Source: Epithemia pelagica
Lineage: Eukaryota; Protista; Bacillariophyta
Reading direction: 5' to 3'
NCBI GenBank assembly: GCA_946965045.2
Contig: OX337229.1
Coordinates: forward strand, 5,766,001-5,830,000
DNA length: 64,000 nucleotides
The notes below the pieces were generated by a model, which saw only the letters and a list, made by a program, of their open reading frames with translations, was not told where the DNA came from and searched no databases. A program made the position numbers and the translations under genes. Numbering within the stretch: position 1 is the stretch's first letter; each line of letters opens with the position of its first letter. Below are positions 54,001 to 64,000 of the stretch, one piece after another.

Positions 54001-55963
54001 CAGTACCTTTCGAACGGCCGCTGTCTATTTGAAAATGGGACTGGAACTCTTGTACAATAACAGCCATCGACAAAAACATCGTTCGAGCAGCAGGAGCAAC
54101 AACAACAACAACAGTAGCATGAACCTCATGCCGGATGATGAACGGGAACAACAAGAACAATTGGCCAAAGGAAATTACTGTATTGTCCACAGCCGGTGTT
54201 GGAGAGACCATTACGATTTGTCCTTGGCCTTGCATTCTGCGGCGGCCGAAATGACCATGGCCAGTGCTGATTTTGACGCCACCAATCTGTACATTGAATG
54301 CGTATTGGAAAATGCTCAATCGTTGGACGACAAAGTACAGGCCTATACGACCAAAATGTTGACACTGAGTCAACAAGATCAGCACAATGAATGCATTGAT
54401 CTCGGTATTTGGCTCTTGAAGCAATGGGGAGAAACCTTTCCCAGTCGAATGTGTATGGCTCATTTGGGCCAAGAAATGAGGTCGGTGGAGCGGTTGCTCC
54501 GGAATAAGAGCAATGAACAAATCTTGCGCATGCCCTCCCTGACCGATGCCAACAAGTTGCGAGCACTCCAAGTTTTGGGATTCATGATGATGCCGACTCT
54601 GTCGTATCGACCCAAGATGTCTCCCTTTGTCATGTTGAAAATGATGAAGATCACCCTGCAACATGGTTTGAGTGTGTTTGCTTCCAGTGCGTTTGGTGTC
54701 TATGGCATGTTGTGCATTTGTTTGTATTGCAATGTCGAAAAGGCGACACGGTTTGCCGATTTAGCCTTGATCTTGTTGGATCGGTATGCCATGATGGAAT
54801 ACATGCCGCGCGTCCACGCTGCAGTCTATGGGTGCGTTCATGCATGGACGAAACCCATCCAAACGGCACTGGAACCCTTGTTGCATGCGCATCGGGTGGG
54901 AATGCAGATTGGAGATGCGGAGTATGGAGGATTGTGTGCCAATCTCTATTGCTTTTATGCCATGGACAGTGGCTGTAATCTTGGTGTAATTCAACGGGAA
55001 TGGAATGGATTCAAGGAATCCTTAGTGACGGCCAAACAAGCAGCTCTACTTCGCATGGTTTCGCCGTTTATGCAAAGCATTCATCACCTCATGGGTTTGA
55101 CCGACGATCCTTTGGCATCCAAGGGAGATTTGCTCGATTTTGATGAGTTTGAGCGAGCCTGTATGCAACGAGGAGCCTTTCTGGGCATTTGCTCGGTTCG
55201 GACCTGTCGCATGCAGCTGGCCTATATCTTTGGAGATATTGACATGGCGGAACGGTTCTTTCTGACCTTTCAGGACGTGATGCTTACACCACCAACCTTT
55301 GAACGTGCGACCTATGTGTTCTACATTGGTGTCGTGGCGGTTGCCATTGCCCGCAAGGAACTGGAAGAACAGGGAGGAAATTCGACGAGGAATCAAGGGA
55401 CAAAAGGCAAACGCTATTGGAGCAAACATCGGAACTGGAAGAACGCCAAACAGGCGGAAAAAATGCTCATGCGATATGCTCGGTCCTCTCCTGTGAATTG
55501 TTTGGACAAGTCCCACTTACTCCAAGCCGAGCTGTCGTCTTTACAAGGCGATCATTGCAAGGCGTATGAAAAGTACTTGATTGCCATTGCCCTGTCGGCC
55601 GAGAATGGTCATCTTATGATTCATGCGCTCAGCAATGAACTTTTGGCCCGGCATTTGCTGCGAATCACGTCAACGGCGGCTGGATACTCATCATCGACCT
55701 CCTTTTCGAGGCGAGGTCTGTTTGGTCAATCGGGATCCTTGTGGTCGTCCTCGTCGGCGTCCTCCTCGTCCTTTTCCAGTGCGAGAATCCGTGACCAAAC
55801 ACAAAAGGCCAAGGAATGCTTGGAACGTGCTATTCGATCGTACCAAGACTGGGGTGGAATGGCCGTGGTACGAAAACTTCAATCCGAGTTTGCCTCCATG
55901 CTGGGGACTGCGGAAGACCACAACAGCAAGGACACAACGAGTAGTAGTCGATCAAGATTGTGA
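51095..55963 (+). CDS. STAND-type AAA ATPase with helical/TPR-like C-terminal region (multi-sensor kinase core family)
   Basis: IVVSGPHGCGKR (Walker A-like), VVLVLHELQWAD (Walker B-like), VLMVAACLGS, F.H..VREAA, LELFHLEIGR, WRDHYDLSL. No kinase domains seen. Confidence 0.8.
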   Translation: MAEGVMVAPSPEQQHDDHPLEDPRALSPSSSSSSSSWSNACNDNHDNKLQEEEEEEEALQAHSHSPSMAKPPDSCSRSTTTNSTNTATSSSSSSTLDGSLISRETSEQNHDHFSTSQPNEATVGVSGTELNQREEEQETKPEAFSKQPHNDISVATTTPKQPPPSSNMDTWNHHPSRVTSETMAPDGPQFRQKALMMMQNHPLDSTTTNMTMEASSSESSAMDAVTTTTTPPPKPMDDETTRTAKESHGSTTSSIYVGSTLSNPWVTKARLQARAAQALQPYQETLQEIYWNHYYRPYYYNNKNGNAKEPLTMEQTITMADPTGLLAPHDIRSQPWHSSPPTTKTTTTTMTPEAFLQDRNHHHQRRRSMIVVSGPHGCGKRTLVQTALQPLVVEQHNGYLLQGHYDPPPLSCPGELQWQSHKTLQGGGGSIIPYSGLVMAFSSFTAQVIQRHSVKEVRQAILQYVSNTNPNHHQSTSNNSNNNTAANLSVLTSMIPALEGILEQDMPSTHLQPSTQGSSTNSSSSEDPIQRFVLAFRMFVRAITSLAPVVLVLHELQWADPCSLDLLTGIVTDHGSPADRRPPLLVVATLDWTLVAEDSYVARKLRELEQPAVVEPPTVLPSSSSNSRDKEEEKEGQAMLSSIHTVELCGGQECSLLDSTNRESSKNSEDVLWFREWLAQALEMDNADHAETLQRLMRLLPQHVPAGNWFLVMEFVHFLQESDLLFYRPFSPNQGRWELASPEELNVVLAHLQDHPGEFLVDKLQHQLSPPTKQVLMVAACLGSRVNVRILEWILGANVAEQLDELEERGWLARNKLDELPSTCCPDHNPKLAATTTTTPTCRKAWQSHEAYTFEHMAVREAAQALIARSSTSKLFSSSGGLSVGHDSISSPRSDSSSSKSSLELFHLEIGRKLWKKLSSLSDNDDALSQHVFVVLSQMSIGRQWITNEKECVATATLCLLAGQKAARSSTFRTAAVYLKMGLELLYNNSHRQKHRSSSRSNNNNNSSMNLMPDDEREQQEQLAKGNYCIVHSRCWRDHYDLSLALHSAAAEMTMASADFDATNLYIECVLENAQSLDDKVQAYTTKMLTLSQQDQHNECIDLGIWLLKQWGETFPSRMCMAHLGQEMRSVERLLRNKSNEQILRMPSLTDANKLRALQVLGFMMMPTLSYRPKMSPFVMLKMMKITLQHGLSVFASSAFGVYGMLCICLYCNVEKATRFADLALILLDRYAMMEYMPRVHAAVYGCVHAWTKPIQTALEPLLHAHRVGMQIGDAEYGGLCANLYCFYAMDSGCNLGVIQREWNGFKESLVTAKQAALLRMVSPFMQSIHHLMGLTDDPLASKGDLLDFDEFERACMQRGAFLGICSVRTCRMQLAYIFGDIDMAERFFLTFQDVMLTPPTFERATYVFYIGVVAVAIARKELEEQGGNSTRNQGTKGKRYWSKHRNWKNAKQAEKMLMRYARSSPVNCLDKSHLLQAELSSLQGDHCKAYEKYLIAIALSAENGHLMIHALSNELLARHLLRITSTAAGYSSSTSFSRRGLFGQSGSLWSSSSASSSSFSSARIRDQTQKAKECLERAIRSYQDWGGMAVVRKLQSEFASMLGTAEDHNSKDTTSSSRSRL

Positions 55964-56281
55964 ATCTGTCTGGGTTTGGGTACGGAAGCGTGACCGGTTT
56001 GTACAGGTTATAATTAATTACATCCATTTTTGCATTGTCCAGAAAAAGAAAAAGAAGAAAGTGCCATGGAATCCGTTCCATGAGGTCTATTTTGTTAGAG
56101 CATCATATTCGTGTCATAAGTCGTCTCTGTATTAGCATATAAGGGAGTATAAAACTCCTATCTTTTACGCCATGGTTCGGCCTCTGGCCTGCTCGTATTA
56201 CAATAGATGCAGATAAACCCGAAAGGACTCGACACCGGGAATTGTTAACCAACGCTAGCCACTACAACCCAGTGAGGTCTG

Positions 56282-57190
56282 TCACCGACCACGAGCCACA
56301 AGCGAAACGGACAAATAGGGTTCCTCCGAACGGTCCCCCTCCACCTCCTCCACAGTATTAGTAGCCATTGGATCCGACGCCGCTGTTGCTGCTCTCCGCC
56401 TGTATTCATGTAGTTGAAACTGCTGCTCGTCAATGGCCACAAGAAAAAGACCGTGCAGGAGGACGGCTAAATAGCCCACAAAGATGCTGGCCAATCGCAC
56501 GGCAATCCAAATTTCGTGCAATTGCGGCGCGGCCGGATCGTGCGAATCCAAGGCATAGGAAACAGTGGCGCCCAGCACGCTAACGAATCGACAGTACTCG
56601 ATGCCAATGAGAATGTCCAATAGAGCAAAGGATGAGAATGGTGATGAAGCCAGGTCACCACCAGACGATCGATTGGACTCGATCCTCCTATAGAGGCGCA
56701 GATTCTGGATGAGGGGGAAGAATACCACTGCATCGCCGGCTCTCTTGAGAGCCCAGAATTGTGGGGCCACGTTTGTCGTTAGAAAGATGGCTGTGCAGTC
56801 TAGAAGCAGAATAGCATACAGCCAGCCCTGTAAATCTTTACCAGGAACAATATTGATCTTTGTAGCCAAGTATCGTTGGAGCAAGAATGGCGTGCAAAGC
56901 TTGAGGAAACAAAACAGGACACTCTCCATGCCCACCCAGAAATAGTAAAAGTTTCCAACACCACCACTGCCTGATCCGGCGGAGAAGCGACGATCTTCGA
57001 AAGCAAAGCATCGTAGCGTTAAGGTACAGGTAACGGCGAAAAGACACTGCCGAAAGGGACGCGACAAATCGCCCGAAAACAGAGACCGGTCGCGAGGATC
57101 AACGCTAGGAGTGAACAAGGCTATCGTGATGCAAATGAGAAACCAAGCTTGCGCTATGGCAAACACATGACTCTGGTTATCGTTCGCCAT
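56282..57190 (-). CDS. Multi-pass membrane protein of unknown function
   Basis: 302-aa ATG ORF with about 7 hydrophobic segments. Confidence 0.6.
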   Translation of the reverse strand: MANDNQSHVFAIAQAWFLICITIALFTPSVDPRDRSLFSGDLSRPFRQCLFAVTCTLTLRCFAFEDRRFSAGSGSGGVGNFYYFWVGMESVLFCFLKLCTPFLLQRYLATKINIVPGKDLQGWLYAILLLDCTAIFLTTNVAPQFWALKRAGDAVVFFPLIQNLRLYRRIESNRSSGGDLASSPFSSFALLDILIGIEYCRFVSVLGATVSYALDSHDPAAPQLHEIWIAVRLASIFVGYLAVLLHGLFLVAIDEQQFQLHEYRRRAATAASDPMATNTVEEVEGDRSEEPYLSVSLVARGR

Positions 57191-57362
57191 GGTTCTTTCT
57201 CTTTACGGACGGAAGAGGGAGAGAGAGAAAAGATGTCTCATCAAAAGTCATCAATAAAACCCTCTATGTCTATGTGCCTCTGCGCACAGAGCTATGTGCC
57301 CATTTCATCGATGTACGCCTCGGGGCGGATTTTTCTGCCCCGTACTCTCACTTTGTTTCCCC

Positions 57363-59126
57363 ATGGTGAAGGTCGTTCGTCGTCACCGTCGTCGTCCTCC
57401 TCAGGACCACCACAATCGAGGCGATGGTGGCCGTTCCTTTTTGTCGTCATTATCGTCGTCGACTCGTGTTATTTGGGTCATGGCCAGTCTTCGAATGGTG
57501 ATTCATTGGATCTGGAACAATTTGTGGAATATCGTCCTGGGGTGGACCGTACTCGGGTTGCTTGCCTCGATGCAGGACCATCCTGACCATGCAGTTGCAA
57601 CGACGACAATCCTGACACGGACCAACCATTCGTTGGCAAGCGTTGCACCACAAAAACAACAAGATGAAGCAACCACTAGGAACAACGATGTACGAGCCTC
57701 CTTCCATGGTGAAGATTCGACCAGGACCACAACTCCCACCACGAGAAACATGGCAAACCAATCGGTGGCTGCTGGACACCGCCAACAACAAGACCAACAA
57801 GAAGAACCATTGCCCAAAATTGCCTATGTGGTAACCGTCACGAGTTGTGGAAGCAATTCCAATGCCACCACCACCACGAACGGCGCAGCCCATGCCTTTG
57901 AAATTGCCGAAGGAGCAGCCGTCTTGGCCCATTCCATTCATGTGCAACATCAACGACAACGACACAACTCCAGTCAACACGATCGTTATAGGGATTACGA
58001 TTTGGTGGTCTTGCATCCGCCCGAAGCACAATCCTGTGTGTCGGTCTTGGCCGAATTGGGCTTTACCACACAGTTGGAACGACCCGTCTTTGTCCAGGTG
58101 GAGGACATTCAAGGAGACTTTTTGCGGTCCACGATTCGCACCAGTGGATGTTGCGGGGAACGAGAATTGCTCAAATTGGAAGCCTACAGTTTGACACACT
58201 ATTCGGCGGTTGTACTCTTGGATTTGGATTGTTTACTGTTGCAACCACTCTTTGCCCTGTTTGATTTTTTGCTCTACCACACTCCCTTGCCATCCTCCCA
58301 TTTGCAATGGCCCAACTACGAATCCGAAGCGCCACCCGTCGCTTCCACGACCCATGCCACGGACGACGACACGGTCTCCTTGTTGTATACCTTGGATTAT
58401 TCCATGGTAGCTCCGATGCGACGCATGAAACCCATGCAAGGAGGATTCTTGGTCCTAAGACCCGACATTGAAATTTATCGCGAGTTGCAACACTTGGTAG
58501 TCGTGGGCGATTATCGGCAACGGGGTGGATGGGGTGGCCAAACGGGCAAGTATTGGGGTGGCCATACCGTTCAAGGTCTCTTGCCCTACTATTACTTTGT
58601 CTGGCAATACCAACAACAAGAGCAAGAAAAAGAAAAACAACATAATTCATCATTACCCATTCAACAACCAGACGACCACAAGAACAAGAACGGTACAGTC
58701 ACTCCGTCAGCACAGCAACCACCATCACCACGACGCCGATCGTTGAAACGCGCCGTGGAATTGAATCGATGCATGTACAACAACATGGCGCAAAATCCCC
58801 GCACCAACGACGGTCAGTGCTTTGTGCCGCATCAAGAGCCGTGTCACGATTGTCGACTCTGGAATGTCTCGCAGATTGTCTCGACGCATTTTACCAATTG
58901 TCAAAAACCCTGGCATTGTCAACGAGCCTTGCAATCCAATGCACTCTGTCGCGCCTTGCATGAAGCATGGTTTCGAGTGCGATCGCAAATGGAACAAGGG
59001 TGGGGACGATCGGGATGGGGATCGGCACCCACATGGGCCGATGTCCATCATTTTTATGGCTATTGTCGTCGACGAGGCATTCAAGGCTATGAATATATTG
59101 CTCGACCCTATGGTCAACCCGTCTAA
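57363..59126 (+). CDS. Glycosyltransferase family 8-like protein (type II membrane)
   Basis: N-terminal TM helix; AAVLAHSI, ELLKLEAY...VVLLDLD (DxD), QGGFLVLRP, QGLL, HFT.CQKPW. Confidence 0.8.
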   Translation: MVKVVRRHRRRPPQDHHNRGDGGRSFLSSLSSSTRVIWVMASLRMVIHWIWNNLWNIVLGWTVLGLLASMQDHPDHAVATTTILTRTNHSLASVAPQKQQDEATTRNNDVRASFHGEDSTRTTTPTTRNMANQSVAAGHRQQQDQQEEPLPKIAYVVTVTSCGSNSNATTTTNGAAHAFEIAEGAAVLAHSIHVQHQRQRHNSSQHDRYRDYDLVVLHPPEAQSCVSVLAELGFTTQLERPVFVQVEDIQGDFLRSTIRTSGCCGERELLKLEAYSLTHYSAVVLLDLDCLLLQPLFALFDFLLYHTPLPSSHLQWPNYESEAPPVASTTHATDDDTVSLLYTLDYSMVAPMRRMKPMQGGFLVLRPDIEIYRELQHLVVVGDYRQRGGWGGQTGKYWGGHTVQGLLPYYYFVWQYQQQEQEKEKQHNSSLPIQQPDDHKNKNGTVTPSAQQPPSPRRRSLKRAVELNRCMYNNMAQNPRTNDGQCFVPHQEPCHDCRLWNVSQIVSTHFTNCQKPWHCQRALQSNALCRALHEAWFRVRSQMEQGWGRSGWGSAPTWADVHHFYGYCRRRGIQGYEYIARPYGQPV

Positions 59127-59838
59127 CACGAACAAAGTGGCTTGGAGTTTCTGGAATGACGCGCATTCATGGATTGCAGCCATGGATTGTGGACGAACTG
59201 AAACACGCCGAAACGTTCTAAAAGATGCAGAGAAAAGATTCCGCACAAGCATCCAGAAACGGAGATATGATGGAAACCCAACTCCTGGTTTGCAACAAAG
59301 GCCAGGAAAGTCGGCATCATGGTCAACCTCAGGGAGCACACGAAGCAGCAAACATCTCAATGCCGTTCTACATTGCCCAAAAAATTAACCACCGTGACCT
59401 ATCGTCGGGTGGTGGTTGCAACCAATCCCAATGATTGTGCCGTGTGTGTGTGAGGTGTCAGTCGTGGGCAAAGAGGATGAGTTGAAATTCACCAAAGAGT
59501 CGAAAGGGGCCAAGACCGCGCTGAACGAGTGCATCGTCCACTGTAGCATGGCACAGATAGGTATAGTTGTTCTTCCAGGCCATAATTCTGGGCTACCAAC
59601 CATGGCGTTCTCTTTTCCAGTTCAAGAGGAGCCATGGAAAAGTCGGGAGTTTCCATACTTTTCCTTCAACATGCGCTACCTATTCTTTGTCTTTGAAGAT
59701 GATATTCCAAATAATAGTACTATACTGTTATGAACGAAGGGACTTGGCTTTGAACAAGGCCAAACAGAGGACAAATATACATCGTCCTCATCCCATGGGG
59801 GCTTCAATTTCCTCAGGGCATCCGTTCAAGGGGTGCGC

Positions 59839-61179
59839 TTAGTATGAAATTTCAATTTCTCGCAGATAGTAGCCATTCTCTCCGGCAGTTTCCTTAATGG
59901 AGCCCTTGGCACCTTCAAACTGACCGGTTCCGCCGGTAATGACATAGTGTCCAACGTCTTCTCCAGCGCCCTTGTGGAAGCCGGAAAAGGCCAACTTGCC
60001 ATGGCAATCATACAAGTTGATGTAGGTTCCTTCGCAATGCCAGTATTCATCGTCATTCACTCGTTCACAGAGTTGCACGTCAAAGGCAACTTCTTGGTCC
60101 CGGTCGTAGGCATCGAGTACTTGGTCGACAAAGGACAATCGAACTCCCATCTTTCCAGACAAGCCACTAACATCTACCACCTTGGTACCATCTGGTTCCA
60201 AGCCAGGTCCTTCCCATCGTTGAGCAATCTTGAAGGTACCGGCACATTTGGGGAGGGGCACATAGGGTTTGGCCGTGGGCTTGTCGGTGGGCTCTGGGGT
60301 GACGGGTTTGGGTGTGGGAGCTGGTTCGACTGGTTTTGCGGTGGGAGCAGGAGTGGTCGGCTTGGGAGTAGGTTTGGTGGTAGGGGCAGGAGTGGTTGGC
60401 TTGGTAGTAGGGGCAGGGGTTGGCTTGGGCGTGGGTTTGGGAGTTGGCTTGGTGGTAGGGGCAGGCGTAGGCTTGGGTGTTGGTTTGGCAGTTGGCTTGG
60501 CCGTAGGAGCAGGGGTAGGCTTGGGTGTTGGTTTGGCAGTTGGCTTGGCCGTAGGATGAGGCGTAGGCTTGGCGGTAGGGGCAGCCGTAGGATGAGGGGT
60601 CGGTTTGGGTGTTGGTTTGAGAGTGGGAGCCGGTGTGTAGCCTTTGCCCTGCAAGAATACACAAAATGGCATTCAAACGAACAAGAGATAAAAATAAATG
60701 CGTGAGATACCAATCGTTCCAGTCAACTATCGTGCGCATCCATTCACCACACGGATCTCTTCGTACCTTTCCTTTGCCGTTGTAATAGTAATATTCGTAT
60801 CCCTTGCCCTTGGCCTGTAGTCATAAAAGAGAGAGTTGCTATGGTGTGAGAAAAGTTCCATGCCACGCTCTGACGATTGGACTGTCATTCATCAAGATGC
60901 ACAGGAAGCATACCTTCTCCTTCTTTCCTCCTTTTCCTTTACCACTTTTATATCCTTTTCCTTTTCCTTTGGCCTCGTACTGTAGTCAAATAATCCAAGT
61001 AACGGGTGTGAGAGAAGACATCGGATACGACACAAAGTGAAGTGTCATGTTTTGGTCGAGAATCCGACACTGACCTCGAGGGTACGCTCTTCTTCGGGGT
61101 TGGCGATTGTTCGGGCGTTGACAGTCGTCAAGCCTTGGAGGACAAGGAGCGCAAGGGTAGCAACAATTGAGGTCTTCAT
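59839..61179 (-). CDS. Secreted protein (~342 aa): signal peptide, Lys/Gly/Tyr-rich segment, PT/PK repeats, C-terminal dirigent/AOC-like barrel
   Basis: Exons 61179-61075, 60979-60914, 60814-60767, 60648-59839, joined by three phase-0 GT-AG introns. PTAKPTPKPTPA repeats; YVITGGTGQFEGAKG motif. Confidence 0.75.
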
Positions 61180-61954
61180 CTTGAGATCGAGTTGGACGTT
61201 TGAGTTTGAAGATGGTGCTGAAAAGCGATTGCCTGGTTGGTTTGTTGCTGTGGTGGTGGTGGGATGCAGCTTGGCTTGTCTCCGGAATTGTGAGAGAAGG
61301 AGGGTGGAGAGCCATCGAGACACAGAATTTGGAGAGGCAAGTCTTGCGGTTGAGGAATCGTTCTACATCGGTGTCTCTATGCTAAACGATGATGGATGAA
61401 CGGGGCGCCATTCCAATCGAAACTTGGAGAAGCTTCCACAGTCTTGTGATAATGGATGTCTTTTCTACGCGACCTTGATCAACGGCAACATGATCCAACA
61501 GTTCAGCGAGAGTGACATTTTACTTATTGGTCATGTCTCGTGAGTAGCTTTGGATCCGTTCCACAATCCATAGCTTCCCGTAATCTTCAAGAGACATTCA
61601 CTGACATATAGGATGGGCAATGGACGGTGGCTCTTGCGGCGGGATGCAAAGAACCAATCCTCATCCTAGGTTCCAAGTCATGTGGTCCGAGACAGCCATA
61701 CAACAAGATCCGTTGTGAGGGGCGCCATCTATTTCCCAAATGGCGCCGCATCGCCGTGCTTGGATTCGTGGATACCCCCAAGCACGGGTGAGAATCAGGT
61801 CGCACGTTAGTCGGATCCAGAGGAGAATTCCCTTCTCACCCCCACGGCGCGGCCACCCACCTCTCGAGGCTGATACAAATTTCCAAATACCACATTTATT
61901 CTCCCCGCATTCATCACGACAGGGGAGGTACGGTGGTTCGATAGCGCCTCCTTG

Positions 61955-62648
61955 ATGTCGACCAATACACACCAACGTCGTCGGCGTTCTCAAAAAGCCG
62001 CAAGGGCGGCGTTTGCAAGTTACAGTGAGTCCTCGATTGCGTCTTCGTCCACAAGCGAAGGACGAAACAACAGCATCGCCAAAACCACAAGCACCGCATC
62101 TGGACAACAAGAAACCAATCCTTCGACATCCACCGTTCCTACGTGGCTCGCTGTTGTTCCCTGTGCGACGCCCCAGCCCTCTGCTCGCTCACAGTCAAAC
62201 AACGATCCTAATTACAGCCGACCCGAACCCACAACGTTTTTGGACAGCGCCGTTGCCACCAGCTCTATTTCCTCCGTTCCATCGTCGACTCCACGCTTCC
62301 ATGCCATACCACCACCCACCCATGCAGGTCCGCTTGAAGCCTCGTCGACAACAAGCGACAACAGCCACGCTCCATCCCAGCAATCCAGGCTTTCCTCTTC
62401 GTCTTTCAACCTCTGGTATCGTTGCCATTCCGTCGGTTTCGTCCAATTTGGCACGCAGTCGTCCCCCCCCCCCCCCCCCCCAAAAAAATGAACCTTCTTC
62501 CTGCCATCGAGGCATCGTCTACTACGGAGGCCTCGGGCAATGCACCTGTGCCCAACAACAACAGCAACGATGAAGACAGACCACCAAACAACAACAACAA
62601 CCACGACAACCAAGACAGACCAAACAACAACAACAATGAAGACAGTCC

Positions 62649-62699
<51 letters not shown>

Positions 62700-64000
62700 A
62701 GAGCCGAGCACTTGCACCAATTCCTTTACTGTCCCTACCGCTGTTGCCCCTCCTACTGCAAGCAGCAACACAACTGCTTCATCAACTATAGACCACCTTG
62801 GTTCTGGTCTTAATTTGGCCGCACGGGCTGTCTCGTCTACCCGTCCACCTGAAGCTGTTGCTCCTCCTGCTCCTGTCGCTGGTCCACCTGAAGCTGTTGC
62901 TCCTCCTGTCGCTGCTGGTCCTGCTCCCATCCTCCGCCTGCGGCGACCTGTACTTCAACAACCTCAAGCTATGCTGCAATATCCAAATTTGAAAATGCAG
63001 GTTAAAAAATTACGGAAGGGTCTTTCCTTCTCCAATTGCGGCGCCACCCTCCCCTCCATTGCCTCAACCCTGGAGCGTCGTCCACCAACAATCCTACAAT
63101 GATTCTCGTCACACAAAACCCCCAGTGATGACTCAAATCTCTCATTGGTGTCCAATTTCTGTGGACCTCTCATGAGAAAGGCCAAGAACTTTACCTTCGG
63201 TGCCACGAGATCTGTCGCCGGCAAATCCAAACAACGACGATACAACAAAAACAACAACAAACGCAAACAGCCTGGTTCGAGCGAGACTGTCTCATCTACG
63301 TCACAAGCCGAGGATGATGCGTCCTCTTCCCCGACTACATCGCTCCAAATTGTCACCTCTTTTGGATTGCGTACACTGTTGCTGGAAGACATGTGGTTTA
63401 TTGAAAATGGTACTTCCATTGCCTTATTTTTCAATATCGACATACTACCACCTCGCTATGGGAAGAAATGGACGAAAGTTTGGTGTGATACGTCACAATC
63501 AAACTACGTTCCGCTTGTCCTTTTCGAGGGTCGTTCCTACCGGCAAATAACAGGTTGGGTTCTGAAGAAACCCGACCTAAGAAGCGTAACCGGTGTTCAA
63601 GTGTACGATGACATCATACTGGCTATGAAAGAAAAAGAACAACGTGGGATCCACTTCAAGTTTCCTGTATTCTCCTCGGATGACTGTCAATTTCCACATC
63701 CACCGACTGCTTGTATCGGAGAAGCATTGACATGGTTTGAAGTTTTCAATTACCCACAAGGGGTATTTGTACAGGCGGATTATCATCCCGAGAGGAGTTG
63801 GAACCACATTTTCAAGCGCTTGAAAGTGGACAATGGCGATCGTCTTACGCTTCTGCATCGCCTAGTACAAGAAACGCCAGGAGATCGCTATGTGCTAGCC
63901 GAGTTAAAGCATATTTGGGAGCGTTTACAGGTCAAGCAGAACCAGGCTCAAGCAATTGAGGAGCACCACAACGTTTTGGCTGAGCTTCAAGAAGCTCTTG
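61955..64000 (+). pseudogene. Long low-complexity reading frame with an apparent frameshift (C19 run) and an in-frame TGA; continues off the window end
   Basis: ORF 61955-62491 shifts frame at the poly-C (62463-62481) into 62422-63102. After TGA at 63100-63102 the same frame stays open to 64000. Poly-Asn (aac)n near 62649-62698. Confidence 0.45.

Noticed and set aside
1-64000. rRNA, tRNA or other structured RNA genes
   Set aside because: No recognisable cloverleaf or rRNA signatures by eye; tRNAscan-SE and Infernal would be needed to exclude them.

Overview
Eukaryotic genomic DNA, most likely a pennate diatom (short GT-AG introns, bipartite plastid-targeting presequences, diatom-type gene families, AAC/GTC low-complexity coding). 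About 7.9-42 kb is a nest of mobile elements. A tyrosine-recombinase-type (DIRS/Ngaro-like) retrotransposon (7973-31715, truncated) is inserted in a small host gene. It is itself split by an ~18.4-kb Plavaka-type DNA transposon (~11599-29998). That element carries a 3-exon accessory gene, an intact transposase, two convergent Cys-rich paralogues and a spliced ~2150-aa protein with two RING fingers and a C-terminal TET/JBP-like 2OG-Fe(II) dioxygenase domain; this is the most interesting feature of the window. The nest is flanked by two diverged direct copies of a ~3.9-kb host segment (4035-7972 and 31716-42012). The second copy carries an intact PIF/Harbinger element (58-bp TIRs, TGA TSD) and a 2.45-kb non-coding Helitron2/Helentron-like insertion. 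From 42 kb onward are ordinary host genes: PAC3-like, TyrP-like permease, PDZ-like, STAND AAA-ATPase, GT8, a secreted Lys/Tyr-rich Pro/Thr-repeat protein with a dirigent-like domain, and a disrupted ORF running off the end. All family assignments come from motif recognition by eye; no searches were run.
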